DNA from: Podarcis pityusensis
Taxonomy: Eukaryota
Length of the DNA stretch: 64,000 nt
Strand: one strand, 5' to 3'
Assembly: GCA_964106645.2 (NCBI GenBank)
Contig: OZ067038.1
The notes beneath the pieces were generated by a model. That model was given only the letters and a program-made list of their open reading frames with translations. It did not search any database and had not been told where the DNA came from. This document shows positions 1-13,339 of the stretch, one piece after another (position 1 is the first letter of the stretch; each line of letters opens with the position of its first letter). The translations under genes were made by a program, and so were the position numbers.

Positions 1-384
1 ACAACTCATTACCAAACTTAAAACCATGGAGAGACCTGGTTTGAACAAAGACATTGGATTCTTATCCCATTATACATGACTAAGCCTTTCCTCACCTTCT
101 CACCCCTTGCCTTTTCCTGTAAGACCTATTACAGTCGTTAAGAGTCGTCAGCAGGCTCATCCCAGCTATCTGCCAATCTCCCATTCCCACCACCCTTCTG
201 AGTAATACCCCTCCCCACCTTCTCACTATATAGAAGGATCTGGCAACTTCTGTTTCAGTGTATCTGAAGAAGTGTGCTTGCACACGAAAGCTCATACCAA
301 GAACTAACTTAGTTGGTCTTAAAGGTGCTACTGGAAGGATTTTTTTTATTTTGACTATGGCAGACCAACACGGCTACCTATCTG
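1..384 (+). mobile_element. Penelope-like retroelement 3' end (GIY-YIG endonuclease C-terminus plus pseudo-LTR/3' UTR with hammerhead ribozyme)
   Basis: Frame 2..79 reads QLITKLKTMERPGLNKDIGFLSHYT*, matching the 'L.T..P.GLN' end of PLE GIY-YIG ORFs. It is followed by CTGAAGA-stem-GAAA at 264-289 and the tail TTAGTTGGTCTTAAAGGTGCTAC...CAGACCAACACGGCTACC typical of reptile PLEs. Confidence 0.85.
260..297 (+). ncRNA. Minimal type I hammerhead ribozyme motif of a Penelope-like element
   Basis: Stem I GTAT(260-263)/ATAC(294-297); core CTGAAGA(264-270) plus an extra A; stem II GTGTG-CTTG-CACAC (272-285); GAAA(286-289); palindromic AGCT as stem III; predicted cleavage after C293. Confidence 0.75.
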
Positions 385-817
385 CAAATATATACCTTTA
401 GTCTTCGCATATTTGTGTGGGGTATGGAACTATAATGCAATACTGGGATGCACACACTTTTTTTAACAGTGGAGGGTTAAAAATTGTGTTGGATAAGTGC
501 TTTCATTAAAGCTAATAAGCAGCATTTATCTCTCTGCATTAAAATGGTGGATTAAAAATCATTCATCTATCAGATCCTCCCATGAAATACACAGAAAGTT
601 TTAAAGGAATTTAAAAAAACAGATATTGATTAAAACCCATGCTCAGAGATGAAAAATATTAAGAAAATTAGTGACTGCAAATCCAATATAGAAAATATGG
701 AGGATTTTGGGGGTGGGGTGGGGGGTAGGGAATCACATGAGAATGATCCAGCCAGCATAACTCTGCAGATGATCAAAGCCAATCTTGAATACAATTATTT
801 TTTTTATCAGTTCACCT

Positions 818-1054
818 NNNNNNNNNNNNNNNNNNNNNNNNNNNNNNNNNNNNNNNNNNNNNNNNNNNNNNNNNNNNNNNNNNNNNNNNNNNNNNNNNNN
901 NNNNNNNNNNNNNNNNNNNNNNNNNNNNNNNNNNNNNNNNNNNNNNNNNNNNNNNNNNNNNNNNNNNNNNNNNNNNNNNNNNNNNNNNNNNNNNNNNNNN
1001 NNNNNNNNNNNNNNNNNNNNNNNNNNNNNNNNNNNNNNNNNNNNNNNNNNNNNN
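818..1054. other. N block (237 nt)
   Basis: Run of N with unique flanks. Confidence 0.99.
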
Positions 1055-4000
1055 TCTTTGTATGCCGAATGTAGGTCACTATCTGGAAACCATAAGTTGC
1101 TTTTTGTTAAATAATCCATTTAAGCTGCTTTCCTTGCCTACAGCCTGGGTCGTGTCTCTTCCGTGGGTTTTGGGGGGTGGGGGGTGGAGATATTCTAGCC
1201 TTGATTCACAAAGCTCCTAGGAAGCAAACACACTGGTATTTTTTATTTTAAGATGCTCTTCTTTCTTAGTTTCGGATTTTTACACTTAGTTCTGAAAAGT
1301 AACTCCCATTGTTGCTGGAGTCCCCCTTTCCAGTGCAAGGAAACTGCTGCAGATCAGCTTGTGCTCCTGAGAATTCCTTCATGTCTTAATGGAAGGTAAG
1401 CTTAGGAAACATGCCAGCAGGCACAATATCAGTGATCAATGTGCTTTAGGATAGCCAATTTCTAACATGCAGGTTTCAGCACTTGTATTGGGTTTCTAAA
1501 TTATCTCAGCGTAGGGTCAGTGGGATGTGGGAACAAACCTTTTTACAAGAGCACAGTTGAAACCTAAAGTCCAGGGGTATGCAGGGCACATGACTTTGTA
1601 GGAAAGAGGATTTGCATACCTGGCAAAGCTACGAAAATATTCCACATACTTTTTTGTTTTGTTTTTAAGTGTGATGTGTCTGAGACCTATTAGTAGGCAA
1701 AGGGTTAACTAGTTAAACTTCTACAGCCCCCCCCAGTAACTCTCTCCAATAGCAGACAATAAGTAAAAGAAGTGCTGGTTATCCATTTTTAAAGGGATGG
1801 GGTTGGGTTTTTAAAAAAAGAAGAAGAAGAAGAAAAGGAAAAGAGGATCAAACACCTCAGGCCAACAAAAGGTTGTGTCAGAGGGCCTTCAATCACAAAC
1901 CTCCTTCAACAAGAGATCTCCCAACCTTCCAGAGCAGTAACCCAGGCAGCGCAGCTAAAAAGTCCCCTGACATAAAAAAAAAAGAACAAAAGCCCTAGAA
2001 CAGAGGTATTTATTGTTATGCACACTCCTCTTTTTTATTTATTTTTTATTCAGGCTTCTTCCCCCACCCCAGAGAGGGGGAAAAAAAACCTTTCGTTGCA
2101 TAAGCTGTTGGTGTGGGAAGTAATAGTGTTGAAAAGAAAAGCTTCCTTCTCACATTGCAAACCTCCTAGGTTGTGCGGATTGTGTGCAAGGAACACCTGA
2201 TGAACGGTGAGGCAAAGTTCAAAAAAGAAGTTCGCATCTATTTCGGGGGGGGTGGGTGAAACAGCAAACGCAGAAGGATGAAAACAGTAAATGTATCTTG
2301 AACACACATTTTTATCCCCACTCTACTTTTTTTTTCCTTTTGAAAATGAGCCGAGTTGTCTGTGCACAAAGAATGTAAATTATTTGCCTTTACAGTGTCA
2401 GGTCTTGGAGGTATCTTAACAGCATGGAAGAATTTTCCACTTAAATGTAAATTATTAACAAGTTGGAATTTTCATTTGTTTTATCTCCTGATGTGCAATC
2501 TAAATAAATAAATGGCACAGTTTACAGGATTCGCCACCCACTTTCCCTGCACTTGGAGGGACATATTTTATAAACAAGCTTCCTTGGCGGCTTAAATAGG
2601 GGTGGCACATCAGATCATTCATTCCTGCATCACTTATCTTTGTCTCTGCACGTCTGAGGGTACCCTGCCTTCCCCTTTTGCTAAAACAAATTTACCTCCG
2701 GTACTTCATCAAGTTTTGCTATGTAATATCACTAAATAAACATCACAGTGGTTTATTCATAAAATATTCATCTTTCAAAATGTTCCATCCCATCTTCCCC
2801 TCCTGGGTTTACCTATGTTTACAAATATGTAAGCCTTGTTAATGTGCCTTGGCTGGGGAATCATGAGAAGTGACCCTCCTTGAGGCAGAAGCCTGCGATG
2901 GAAGGAGTGTATTATTTCAGCTGGGGAGAACAGCAAAGCTCCGGGATGATACTGATTGATTAAGACCAGATGGATAGCCACACATAGGTGTGACGAAAAT
3001 AGAAACATATTGCAAACATCCCAAGTATTGAGGTTGGGGAGGTGTGCGGATCCTGCCCTACCTTATCTGCCTCCTGACAGGTTCTAGAATTTAAGAATGT
3101 TAATGGCCACACTAACTCGCGTTCGCCTGTAGTTTGGTGACACTAACCGCAATGAATCAGGCACGAAGTTATGTTTCAAAAATAAATCCCGGTCCCCTCC
3201 CCAATCCACACACACTCCTCATCAAAAAATGACAGCTGGTGTACTACTGGGGGTGGGGGGGGGGAGAGAAGGAAACATACTCTTATTTGTCCTCAAATTA
3301 ATTCACCGGGGCTGATTCCACCCATTTAAATTTATATGTGCTTAACCTCCCCCCCCCCCGCCATGCCAGAGAAAACTTTTTACCAACAGCCAGAGCCCAC
3401 ATCCTCACCCTGAAATTAAACTTTCTGAAACCACAGAATGGAATAAGTGGAGAATTAGTGACCTCTGGTTTAGAGAAGAATGTTTCATTGATACCGTCTC
3501 GGCTTTTATGTTTATTGGCCATAAATTGACTGACTCTCTCTCTCTCTGTAAGGCTTTGGTTGCTCTTCACAGAAAATAAAAGCTAATGGGCTGAATCCTG
3601 CTCACCTTACTCAGAAACACAGTGAATGGAACATGGCGGGGGGGGGGGATGGGGCGGGAGGAAGCTGCTCGCTATCTCCGCCAATTCATTGATGAAAATG
3701 CTAGTAAGTTTGATGAGGATGTTGACCTATTAGTATCTAGTGCTGCTCCATGGCTTGGGTTACAACTTGCCACAATATTATTTCTGGGGGTTGGGAGTGG
3801 GGAGTTGGAATCTCACGTGAACCAAAGGTACCAAAAGAAAACTCACATTATTTGAACTGGGGTTAAAATTTGAAGTAAGTGAAATGGAACCTGTGGAGCT
3901 GCATTTGTGCCAAGCGATAGTACAAATTGGCTACTGGACCCAGTTTCAATTGTTTACTCCTTCTTTCACAAATTTATTTTGATAGTGTGTGATGCGGTGC

Positions 4001-4410
4001 TTTGAAATTATTGCCCTGGGGCAAGGTATGGTGGTGCTGGTAATAACAATTTACAAATGTTCCAGTTGTACTGTTTACAAAAATTAAAGGATAATTTTAA
4101 AGTACACATAACACAGCCCTGCATATTTATTACTCTTCTCAAGTTCTACAGAATTATTGGGCATTAGCTAGTGACAACTGGCTTTAGGAAGGGAGGGGTA
4201 GGAGGAAATCTTTGGAAGAAACAAAACTCCTAGTTTTTCTCTTTCCCCTCCTAAAACTTATGTTCTTCTCAGCAGGAAGCCTTAGTTCATGGTCTCCCTC
4301 ACAGAGGCCTGAACCTATTACGTACATGCTATAAACATCCTCAGGTTTCACAGACAAACATTTGTCCATAAAATCTTGACTGGCATTTTCTGGAAGTAAA
4401 ATACACACGT

Positions 4411-4437
4411 GCACACACACACACACACACACACACA
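4411..4437. repeat. (CA)n microsatellite
   Basis: Direct reading. Confidence 0.95.
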
Positions 4438-4719
4438 AGTGTGTGTGTATGTGTGCATTAGCTCTGAAGCAACTCCTGATAGGTTTCTTTATATGTTACA
4501 GATAGTTAACATGCTTTCTTCTTGTGTCTGCATGAAATCTAATCCTTCTAGCTGAGAATTTGCTTAATCACAAAGGCTACAAATCACTGACTCCAAAATT
4601 ATTCCGCTGAAGTTCCACTGAGGCTTTTTTGAATTAATTTGAAACTATTGAGGATGTGGGCTGAAACTCAGCAACCTGATTTAACAGTTCAGGTAAACTG
4701 AGTTTGGCTTCAGCTGATG

Positions 4720-4920
4720 TGCAGCTTGATCCTATGCCTACGTTCTCAGATGTAGATCTCCCTGGGTTCCTACTGGGTTCAAAGGCGCCTTTGACCCTCC
4801 CCTGCATGTTCCTGGGATGGCAGTCATACAACTTAATCTTGTGCAAGTTTACTCAGCAGCGAAATTTACTGTTTTCGGTGAGATTTTACTCCCATGTAAG
4901 CATTTGTAGGGCTGCAGGCT
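4720..4920. repeat. Tandem copies of a ~90-bp imperfectly palindromic squamate interspersed repeat
   Basis: GATCCTATGC...CTCAGATGTAG...CCTACTGGGTTCAA...GGGATGGCAGTC followed by TTTACTCAGCAG...TTTACTCCCATGTAAGC...GGGCTGCAGGC. The same motif recurs at 5685, 18338, 25190, 29860, 38065, 42240, 46090 and 48040. Confidence 0.55.
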
Positions 4921-7384
4921 TTCCTGTAAATCGTTTAAACTGAAATATTGAGTCAACTTCAGGAGAGGAGAAAGTGGTGGTACTGTAATGTTCAAAGACA
5001 TCTATTCTAAAATACATTTACAACCGAACTGGCAAGTATGCCAACAAGAAAAACATGTTTTTTTTTAAAAAAAAAAAAAAAAGCAGGAGGAATGCTTGGC
5101 ATAACGATATAAAAATATTTGTCCAGTTTCCAAGCTGAAGATGACTTTATTTTCTTTATTTTACAACCCAGGTGACCACAGTTGTAAAGGCTTTCCTTTC
5201 TCTCTCCCCCAGCTGAGAAATAAAACCGGCTCATTTAAGGAGGGATCATTATTGTCAGAAGGATCTTTTGGCTTCGAGACTGTTTTCCGCAAAGCTGAAT
5301 TTCACCTCCCCATAGAATCTTGGAAGTTAAATTGGGAGAATGTTGCTCAAGACAAAGAAGAAGGAAAAGGCTTGTTTGGGATAAAGAAAACTGAAGCATC
5401 GTTACTTACACAATGGCACTAAAATACACAGGGCATTACTTCTTGACTTTTCTCTACAGGATCTACTTATTTATCTCCTGTGCATGTTAGGTTTTATACA
5501 AGAAATGTGTGTGTTTTTTTTAATTTATCAGTTGAAACATACAAGTGAGCTGGCAGCTTCATCTCATTTTATCTGTACTTGAAGGCCTCAGTATCAAGTT
5601 TTAAAAGAAGCCTGCACATTTTCGTCGGTGTGTGTGTACTGCTTTCTCAATCACATAACCACATAATAAGGGCATTATACACATACCCTGAACCTAAGCA
5701 TGTGCTCTCAGAAGTGAGTTCCACCAGTTTCAATGGGATGTGTTGCCAAGTAAGTCTGCACAGAATTGCAGCCTGTGGATTCTCCCCCAACCTCTGTTCC
5801 CTCTGTCCATGATGACCAACATCCAAACGGATGCAAACCCCCAGGGCAAGGAGCTTATGTTGGCCCATGGAATTATTTATTGATTTATTGATTTATTTAT
5901 AAGACCTATGTTTATCTTACAAACATATGACATATGGTCGCAAAAAAGAATCACAAAATACATGACATGAGCAACCATCTGTTGTAAGAAAAATACTGAT
6001 TGAGGATCAACCTGGATAAATGGTGGCAGGTGAGGTTGGCAGTAGCTCCACTAGCACTGTGGTCTACCAACAGTCTTGAAAGCACAGCTTGTGAATGGCC
6101 AGAAATGTTCTGCCAGGCCTTCTAGTAAGGACAATGGGACTTCCTCCAACCTTGACGGCCACTCAGTGGTGGTGTAAGTCAAATGCTTTCTCCCACCTTG
6201 CCTTGCACCCAGCTCTCTGTTTGGTTTCAAAAGTGGTTTGCCATCAGCCATGGGACAAGGGTGGGGAGAAAAACACAAATCTATTGGTGCTGCTTACTCC
6301 TGCCCATTATTATATAGAGAGTGGTCATACCAATCTGTTTTGATGTTGATTCTAGGATTAATAACTCAAGATTGTGAATGCTCTCATGGATATGAATGGG
6401 CAGGTGCAAAAGCAGATGAACAGACGATAACCAAAAGTAAAAGTCCATCTCATGTGGACTTAAAAAAATATATATATAAACCTATGGCCAGGCATGGGCG
6501 GTACTAACCCCATGGATAAAATGAACTCTTTCTACTTCAAAACTGTAATTGTGAAGAGACTGGGTTATTGGAAACAAAAACTGTTTCTGGTGTTATTTTC
6601 CTAAATATGTCTTAGTGCGCATGTGTCTTAACATCCATATCTCACCTTAAAGGATTATGCATGCATCTTTGCCCAGCTAAGAGCTTTGAAGCATGCCTGT
6701 TTTCTGAAAGACAGACCAATATAGCCCTTCCTGTATTCTAGTCTGTGTACACCTGAAAAAAGGAATATAAGAAGCAACCTTAAATCTCACTGATTTCAAT
6801 ATCACTTCCCTACATGTCAGATTTGCATTTTAGGGTACAAATAGTTCTGTCTCTCTTCACCCCAAACTCTTTGTTGTATGCACTAAGTCATTCCTTCCTT
6901 TTGAAAGGCAAATGTAAAAGTCTAATAATGAAGGAGGGATATTAGGACAGTATTTGGGAGAAGGGACATTGTGAAGTTTCTGTACAAACCAATCGTGGGA
7001 AGGTTTGCTCTTCTTCAGTGTGGTCCAAGCTTTCGTGTAGGGAATAAAAACAGGAAGTAGAGCCCAAATAGTCTCCACTGCCCATTCATGTAACTATCAG
7101 TAGCAAATCATATGAAAGGACTGGCTTTCTGGATGCTCCCACCTTATAATATTTGTAGATACAAGGTAACAAGCAAATTCAGCAGCAAGGCAAGGAGGCC
7201 AGACAGACTATGCTCCTCTCACTTTTTAAAACCAACCAATCCCAAGCTTGAAAGCAATTAACTCAATAAACAACAATAACAGGAATACAGGTAGGCTTTG
7301 AGGTGCTATTCACTATATTGCGTCTAAGATCACATGTAAAACTATCTGCCTGCATGACTATCTCTGGATGCAAACTTCTTAAGG

Positions 7385-8835
7385 TGGACAGGGAATGGTG
7401 TAACTGCAAGCCAGTTAGGTTAACATCTGTTCTGGGAAAACTTGTGGAAAACATGATCAAGGATAGAATTGCCAAGTGTATAGAAGAAGAACAGGTCTTG
7501 CTGAAGAAGAACCAGCATGGTTTTTAAAGGGTAAGACCTGACTAACTGACCATTTAGCATTTTTTGAGAGCGTTAATAACCATATGGGTAGGAGTCACCT
7601 AGTAGACACTGTCTACATACACTTTCAAATAGCCTTTGGTAAAGTCCCTCACTAAAGATTCCTTAGTAAGCATAGAAGTCATGGGATAAGAAGCCAGGTC
7701 CTCTTATGAATCAGTAACTCATTAAAGAACAGGAAACTTGGAGTCAGAAGAAATGAGCAGTGCTCACAATGGAGGGTGTAGGAAGTGAGATCTCTCAAGC
7801 ATCAATACTAGGACTGTTGCTTTTTTATCTTGGTCATACGTGGCATGGAATTAGGGACGAGGAGTCTTTTGTTTGCTGATAATACTAAATTGTTCAGGGT
7901 GGGTAAGAACAAAAAGGGAAAGGCGCTCCCCAAAATGTATGGATAAGTGGCACCTGAAATAGCAGAGAAATCTCAATGTCAATGCGAACCCAGTATGTGG
8001 CGATTGTGAAAAATGTGAATTTCATATTGGGGGTTATTAAGAAAGGGTTTCAAAATAAAGCTGCCAGTATCATTATGTATTTATACAAATCTATGGTGCT
8101 ACTGTGCTTGGAATACTGTGTTCAATTCTGGTCACTGCACCTCAGAATGGGCATTTTAGAGCAGAAAATGTTTCAGAAAAGGGTAATAAAAAAGGAACAA
8201 CTCTGTTATGAAGAAAGGTTGCCACATTGGATGGCTTAAAAATAATTTTAATGGCTTAAAAATAAATAAAGGATTATGTATGGTGGATAAAGAGATGCCT
8301 TTCTCCTGCTCTCATAATAGTAGAACCCAAAACCATCCCATGAAATTGAATGTTGAAATATTCAGGTCAGACAAAGGAAGTACTTCATCATTTAGTCATA
8401 ATTAAACTATGGAATTCATTACCACATGGCAGAGGTGGGTTTAGGGGAGAGCGACCAGTTCAGTCGCACTGGGGACAGAGCCTCAGGGGCACAGCGACTG
8501 TGATGTAGAACGGAAGGTGATAGGGGGGAGAGATAGGTTGCATCACACAGGGTGCCATTGAAATTGGAGACCCCAAGGTCCACCACTGCACATGATGGAG
8601 CAATGGTGACAAACTTGGTTTTAAAATAGATTTAGATGGTTTTGAAATTAATTTATGGCAGTTGAGGCTATCGAAGACTACCACTACCAACCATGATGGC
8701 TGTGTACTTCCTTCAGCAGTGGAAGCAGTATGGCTCTAAATACCAGTTTGAAGGGAGAGTGCTGAGGCACTCATGTCCTGCTCAAGGGCTTCCCATGCGC
8801 AACTGGTTGAGCACTGTGAAAACAGGATGCTGAAA
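7385..8835 (+). mobile_element. Degraded CR1/L3 LINE fragment (ORF2 reverse transcriptase through 3' UTR)
   Basis: ORF 7303..7527 contains NCKPVRLTSVLGKLVENMIKDRI...NQHGF. ORF 7976..8239 contains ILGVIKKG...LYKSMV..CLEYCVQFWSLH. Both are CR1 ORF2 hallmarks; many stops and deletions. Confidence 0.92.
8430..8588. mobile_element. Non-autonomous DNA transposon (hAT-like MITE) nested in the CR1
   Basis: Imperfect TIRs CAGAGGTGGGTTTAGG / CCAAGGTCCACCACTG. Flanking duplication CACATGG(8423-8429)/CACATGA(8589-8595). CR1 sequence resumes after it. Confidence 0.65.
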
Positions 8836-10388
8836 GCAGGATGCCTTTGCCCTCCTCTTGTGTTCTTTCTTTCCTCTCTTTCTCCTTCTCTCTTTCTCTT
8901 TCTTTCTTTCTTTTATGAGTAATCAGGCCACAAATCTCTCTCTAGTATGTGTGTGTGGAGGGTGCCTGCATACAGTATTGCGGAGCTCCAAATTACAACC
9001 CATTTTAAATGCCTTTATTATGGATTTCATGCTTGCAGTTCATTTGTTTCCTTAAACCTCCCACGCCCATCGCTGCCCTATGAGCATACAGCATGCAGGC
9101 AGCATAGCAGCTCCCACATGTCTTTGCCGACACAATGCAACTTTGTTTTCAGCACTGTAGAGCTTTCCACAAAACAACGCAGACTGAAATGCTTTGCAGA
9201 GTTGAAGAGGAGATATGGAAGAAATTACAGTAAATACCGTGCCGTCTGCAGTGATCCCACATTCCTGCCAAGAGTGTGTAGCTCTCCCTTGCACACCAGC
9301 CCCACCCTGATGGCCATCATCACGTTGTCATATTTGTCTCATGATTAAAAGGATAGATGAACCAAACCTTCCAAAGGGGCAGAGCTGCATGTTAAAACTT
9401 TGCTCTTTGCCTTGTTAAAGTCTTGAATGGGAAGGCCTATGGGGAAGGCTTCCCCCCTTTAGTTTGCTCTTGTTAAGGGACCAACCCAGGGAAGAACCAA
9501 CCCAACCCAAATCAGCCCTATTGAAATCCAACAGAACAGAAGCATACTGTTAAATTTTCATGTCCCACTGATATCAACAAGATTTAGTTGCAGCTAACTT
9601 TCACTGGATTGGGACCCCACGTGTGTGCAGAAATGCAGTATCCCCATTAAAAGAAAGTAAAGGACCTACTAATCACAAGTAGTTGTGTACCTACATCTAA
9701 CCACTTGAACTGCTGCTATGTGCAGAAAATGTTGATTTTGTGGGCTGGCCCTCCTTTGATCTGTAAATTAATAACTCAGTTTTTGTCTCATAAGGCTAGC
9801 TGCGAAATGAACTAACTATTATTCAGATAGGGACAATAAGAAGATGTGGAGGTAACAGTAAAATATCTTTGCCCTGGCACCTTCGTTCATGAGCCTACAA
9901 CAGGAAGTTCTCCTATACAGACAACTGAGCTCTAGTTCTATGCCCATGGTTTTCTTCCATTTGGGTAAGGGGTGCTACTTCCAAAATATGGTCTCTGTCA
10001 ATCTAGGGTTACTAAGATGTATTTCATTGTAGTGAGATCTGAAAAGCACGTCTTTAAATTCTGCACGCCAAAAGGTTTCACTGGCACTTCTACATGGGAC
10101 AATTAGCATGTATGCCAGAATACAGTGTCATATTCTGTATGCTAGAATATACTCTAGAAATAGGGGACTCAATCATGTGAGATGCACATAGCAGGGAATG
10201 AGCCAGCTTCTTATGGGGCAGTTTTAAATGCATAAAGTTGTCCAGAGATAGACACTTTCTTGCCCAAAGATCTGCAAAATTCTGGAATATTGAGGAAGCT
10301 TTTGAAATACAGCCTGCTCTTGTAGATCAGGAAGTTATAGGAAGGCTGCAAGTAAAAAATATCATGCCTCAACAATCTCTTGCTCCAA

Positions 10389-10392
<4 letters not shown>

Positions 10393-10421
<29 letters not shown>
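10393..10421. repeat. (GT)n microsatellite
   Basis: Direct reading. Confidence 0.95.
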
Positions 10422-10423
<2 letters not shown>

Positions 10424-11768
10424 TATGTGTTAGAGTAGTGGATTGTTTTACAGATCTATGACTCCCTAGTGGATTTCATTCTACTTTAAGAAATTACAGT
10501 TCATCATACTATGCAGCAGATAGCAGGGATATATGCATGCCAAACCCACCGTCTGAACCAATGATTGCTAAATAGTATTCTATTCTGCCAATTAATGCAA
10601 CTTAATTTTAATCATAAACCGAACTAGTCTTGTTCTAATGCGGTCTGCCTCACCATGACTGTAAAAGCTAACATCTCCTGCTGAGGAAAATAAACTTTGG
10701 TTTGCTTTCTTCTTCTTTTTTAAAAATTGTATTCCTGAACAAAACAGTGGCATGGTTCCCCAATAAAATATATAGTGGTGTGGGCTGAAAAGTGCATGTA
10801 TAGCAATCCACATTATTAGAATGTTTAAATATTAATTATTCCACTGCGTAGTAAAGATGATCAAGTGGGAGTGTCAACTAGTTTTCTAAAAGCGGCAATG
10901 CTCGTTTTAATCTAAACTTCAACTGTTAAGCAAAAAACTAAAAGACCAGCAAGTTCAGCCTGCTCCAGTATGTTTATTTTTATTGGTTTCTACAACCTTG
11001 TGTGTGTTTTTCAAACAAAAAATAAAAATAAAATCCAAACATAACCCATAAACCGACATTAACTCCGTAGCTTTAATCACTGCCAATAAGACTCCAGCGG
11101 TATATTAGAAATTACGGCTCTATTTCTTGAAAGCAACATAATTTGGAGGGCTGGAGGCGGGGGAAGGAACAGGCAGCCAATACAGAAGTGCAAAGTTCAG
11201 TAAAATACACTTAACTGCTGAAAGCCCAAATTCTTAGAGACGTGCACATGTTTACGTACCAAAAAAAGGGACCTAAATGCATGCTGCTTTCTCCCTCTCC
11301 CACAGTTCTTCCCTCTTCAAAGCAGCTTTCAGCTGTTCAGAAGTGAGCCATTGTGTGAAAAAATATTGTTCAGGTGGTACCTTGTTCTGGTGTGTGAGAG
11401 AGGCTTGAGAGACAGATGGGTAGACAGATGTACAATGCTACATAAAAGTAGAAAGACTTACATTATCGTGTGTGTGTGTGTGTGTGTGTGAAGCCTTAAG
11501 TGACTGAGTGTGAGCTGGAGGAAAATAGGCACAGCTGTGGGAAATAAAGAGTTAAGCCGCTCTCCCCCCCCCCACTCTTCCCTTCCCCTTAGAAAGCTCT
11601 TGCTCCTTTAAGATTTTCATAGTCCAATCCGTGAGATGCGGAGCAAAAAGAATCACTTTGAGATTCTTAAGAGAAAGACAAAGAAAGAGTGTGCGCTCAG
11701 ACTCTTAGGCTTCCTTCCGTCACTCATGGATGCCCTGCCAGGATTTCCCACCTGAGACAGATTGCGAC

Positions 11769-12076
11769 NNNNNNNNNNNNNNNNNNNNNNNNNNNNNNNN
11801 NNNNNNNNNNNNNNNNNNNNNNNNNNNNNNNNNNNNNNNNNNNNNNNNNNNNNNNNNNNNNNNNNNNNNNNNNNNNNNNNNNNNNNNNNNNNNNNNNNNN
11901 NNNNNNNNNNNNNNNNNNNNNNNNNNNNNNNNNNNNNNNNNNNNNNNNNNNNNNNNNNNNNNNNNNNNNNNNNNNNNNNNNNNNNNNNNNNNNNNNNNNN
12001 NNNNNNNNNNNNNNNNNNNNNNNNNNNNNNNNNNNNNNNNNNNNNNNNNNNNNNNNNNNNNNNNNNNNNNNNNNNN
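11769..12076. other. N block (308 nt)
   Basis: Run of N with unique flanks; minus-strand polypyrimidine tract and AG upstream. Confidence 0.99.
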
Positions 12077-13339
12077 GTCTCCTATTTGTGGAAATTATTT
12101 CAGACAGAGGAAAAGGGACAAAAGAGATGAAAAGAGAGAGAGAAGTCAGTGATTAAGCTGCACTATTTTAAGGCATCCTTGCTTTGTGATACTGGGGACT
12201 AGCGAGTCAACTTCACTGCTTGCTGAACTGGTCCATGCCCAAACGCCATCTCTTTCACAGCAGCAACAGTGAAAGCAACCATCAATTTATGAGCTGAAGA
12301 AAATGACTATTCTTTTGAGGGTGATGATCCTAATAAGCTACTTTTGTCTCTGTAGCCGGCACAATACTTTTGCTGAAGAATATACTTGTTTTGCATCCTG
12401 TGGAAAATATTAAGTGCAAAGCTAAAGAACTGTTTATAATAGCATAATAAATTCAGATTATTGCAGAAGGGTTGTGTATTTTTGTGTGTGTGTGTCGCAC
12501 ATGCTCTGATACCATTGACAGCAAAAACAGAAACCTAAGCAGTCTGGCAATGTTCTGAATATCAGATTTTATAAAAGAATGTATTCAGAAACACCATAAA
12601 ATTGTCTGAAGGCAAGAACGAACTGTTGTATAGTTCTAACCTACTTCTTATCTGTTAGAGAACAGGAGAGGAGGTAAATAGGTGCACATCAGAAACAACA
12701 GCTTTTACATTCAAATGTTAGCAACCATGGCCTTAGATTCATAAATCACTCTTTACTTGCCTGCGACCAGGCCCATCCAATAGGAGAGGCTGTGAAACAA
12801 ACTGCTCCAACTTCTATAGAAAGGAAGTTTTGCCAGAAATCAGACTGAGTTCCTTTTGCCTGGCTTTCACCATGTAAGCCATTGTCTCTAAAGCTGGGAT
12901 GAAAATGACCGCATGTGCAACTTATTCAAGACATTCTGAGTGACTCCTCTCATCAGGAAAGATACAGCTTCTCCTGATATATCTCATTTTTTTTCTTTCA
13001 ATAATGGGCAATGTGGGCCTCTCAGCAGAGCAGATGCCAACAGGTTATGTTCAAGATATGATCGATTACAGACTCGAATCAAAACTTTCAAAAGAATATT
13101 TGCAGAGAAAAGCAATTTTGCTTCCCCAGCCTTAGCTATGTGAAGAATTTATCAGAGGCTGCTCCAAAACTGGCTGCCCCTTTCAGATGAGTGTGCTCGC
13201 CACGCTTTCTTAGCGAGTGTATTTGCTAGGTTTTCTTGGATTTGGAACAATGAGAACATTTTTTTAAACTCATTGAACAAAGATTTCCCCAGCAACAGAC
13301 CCCCCGCTCAGCAGGTCACCTATCCTTGCGACAGTTTTT

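Noticed and set aside
13016-13045. Short similarity to LF-SINE (minus strand)
   Set aside because: Under 30 bp and the flanks do not extend the match.
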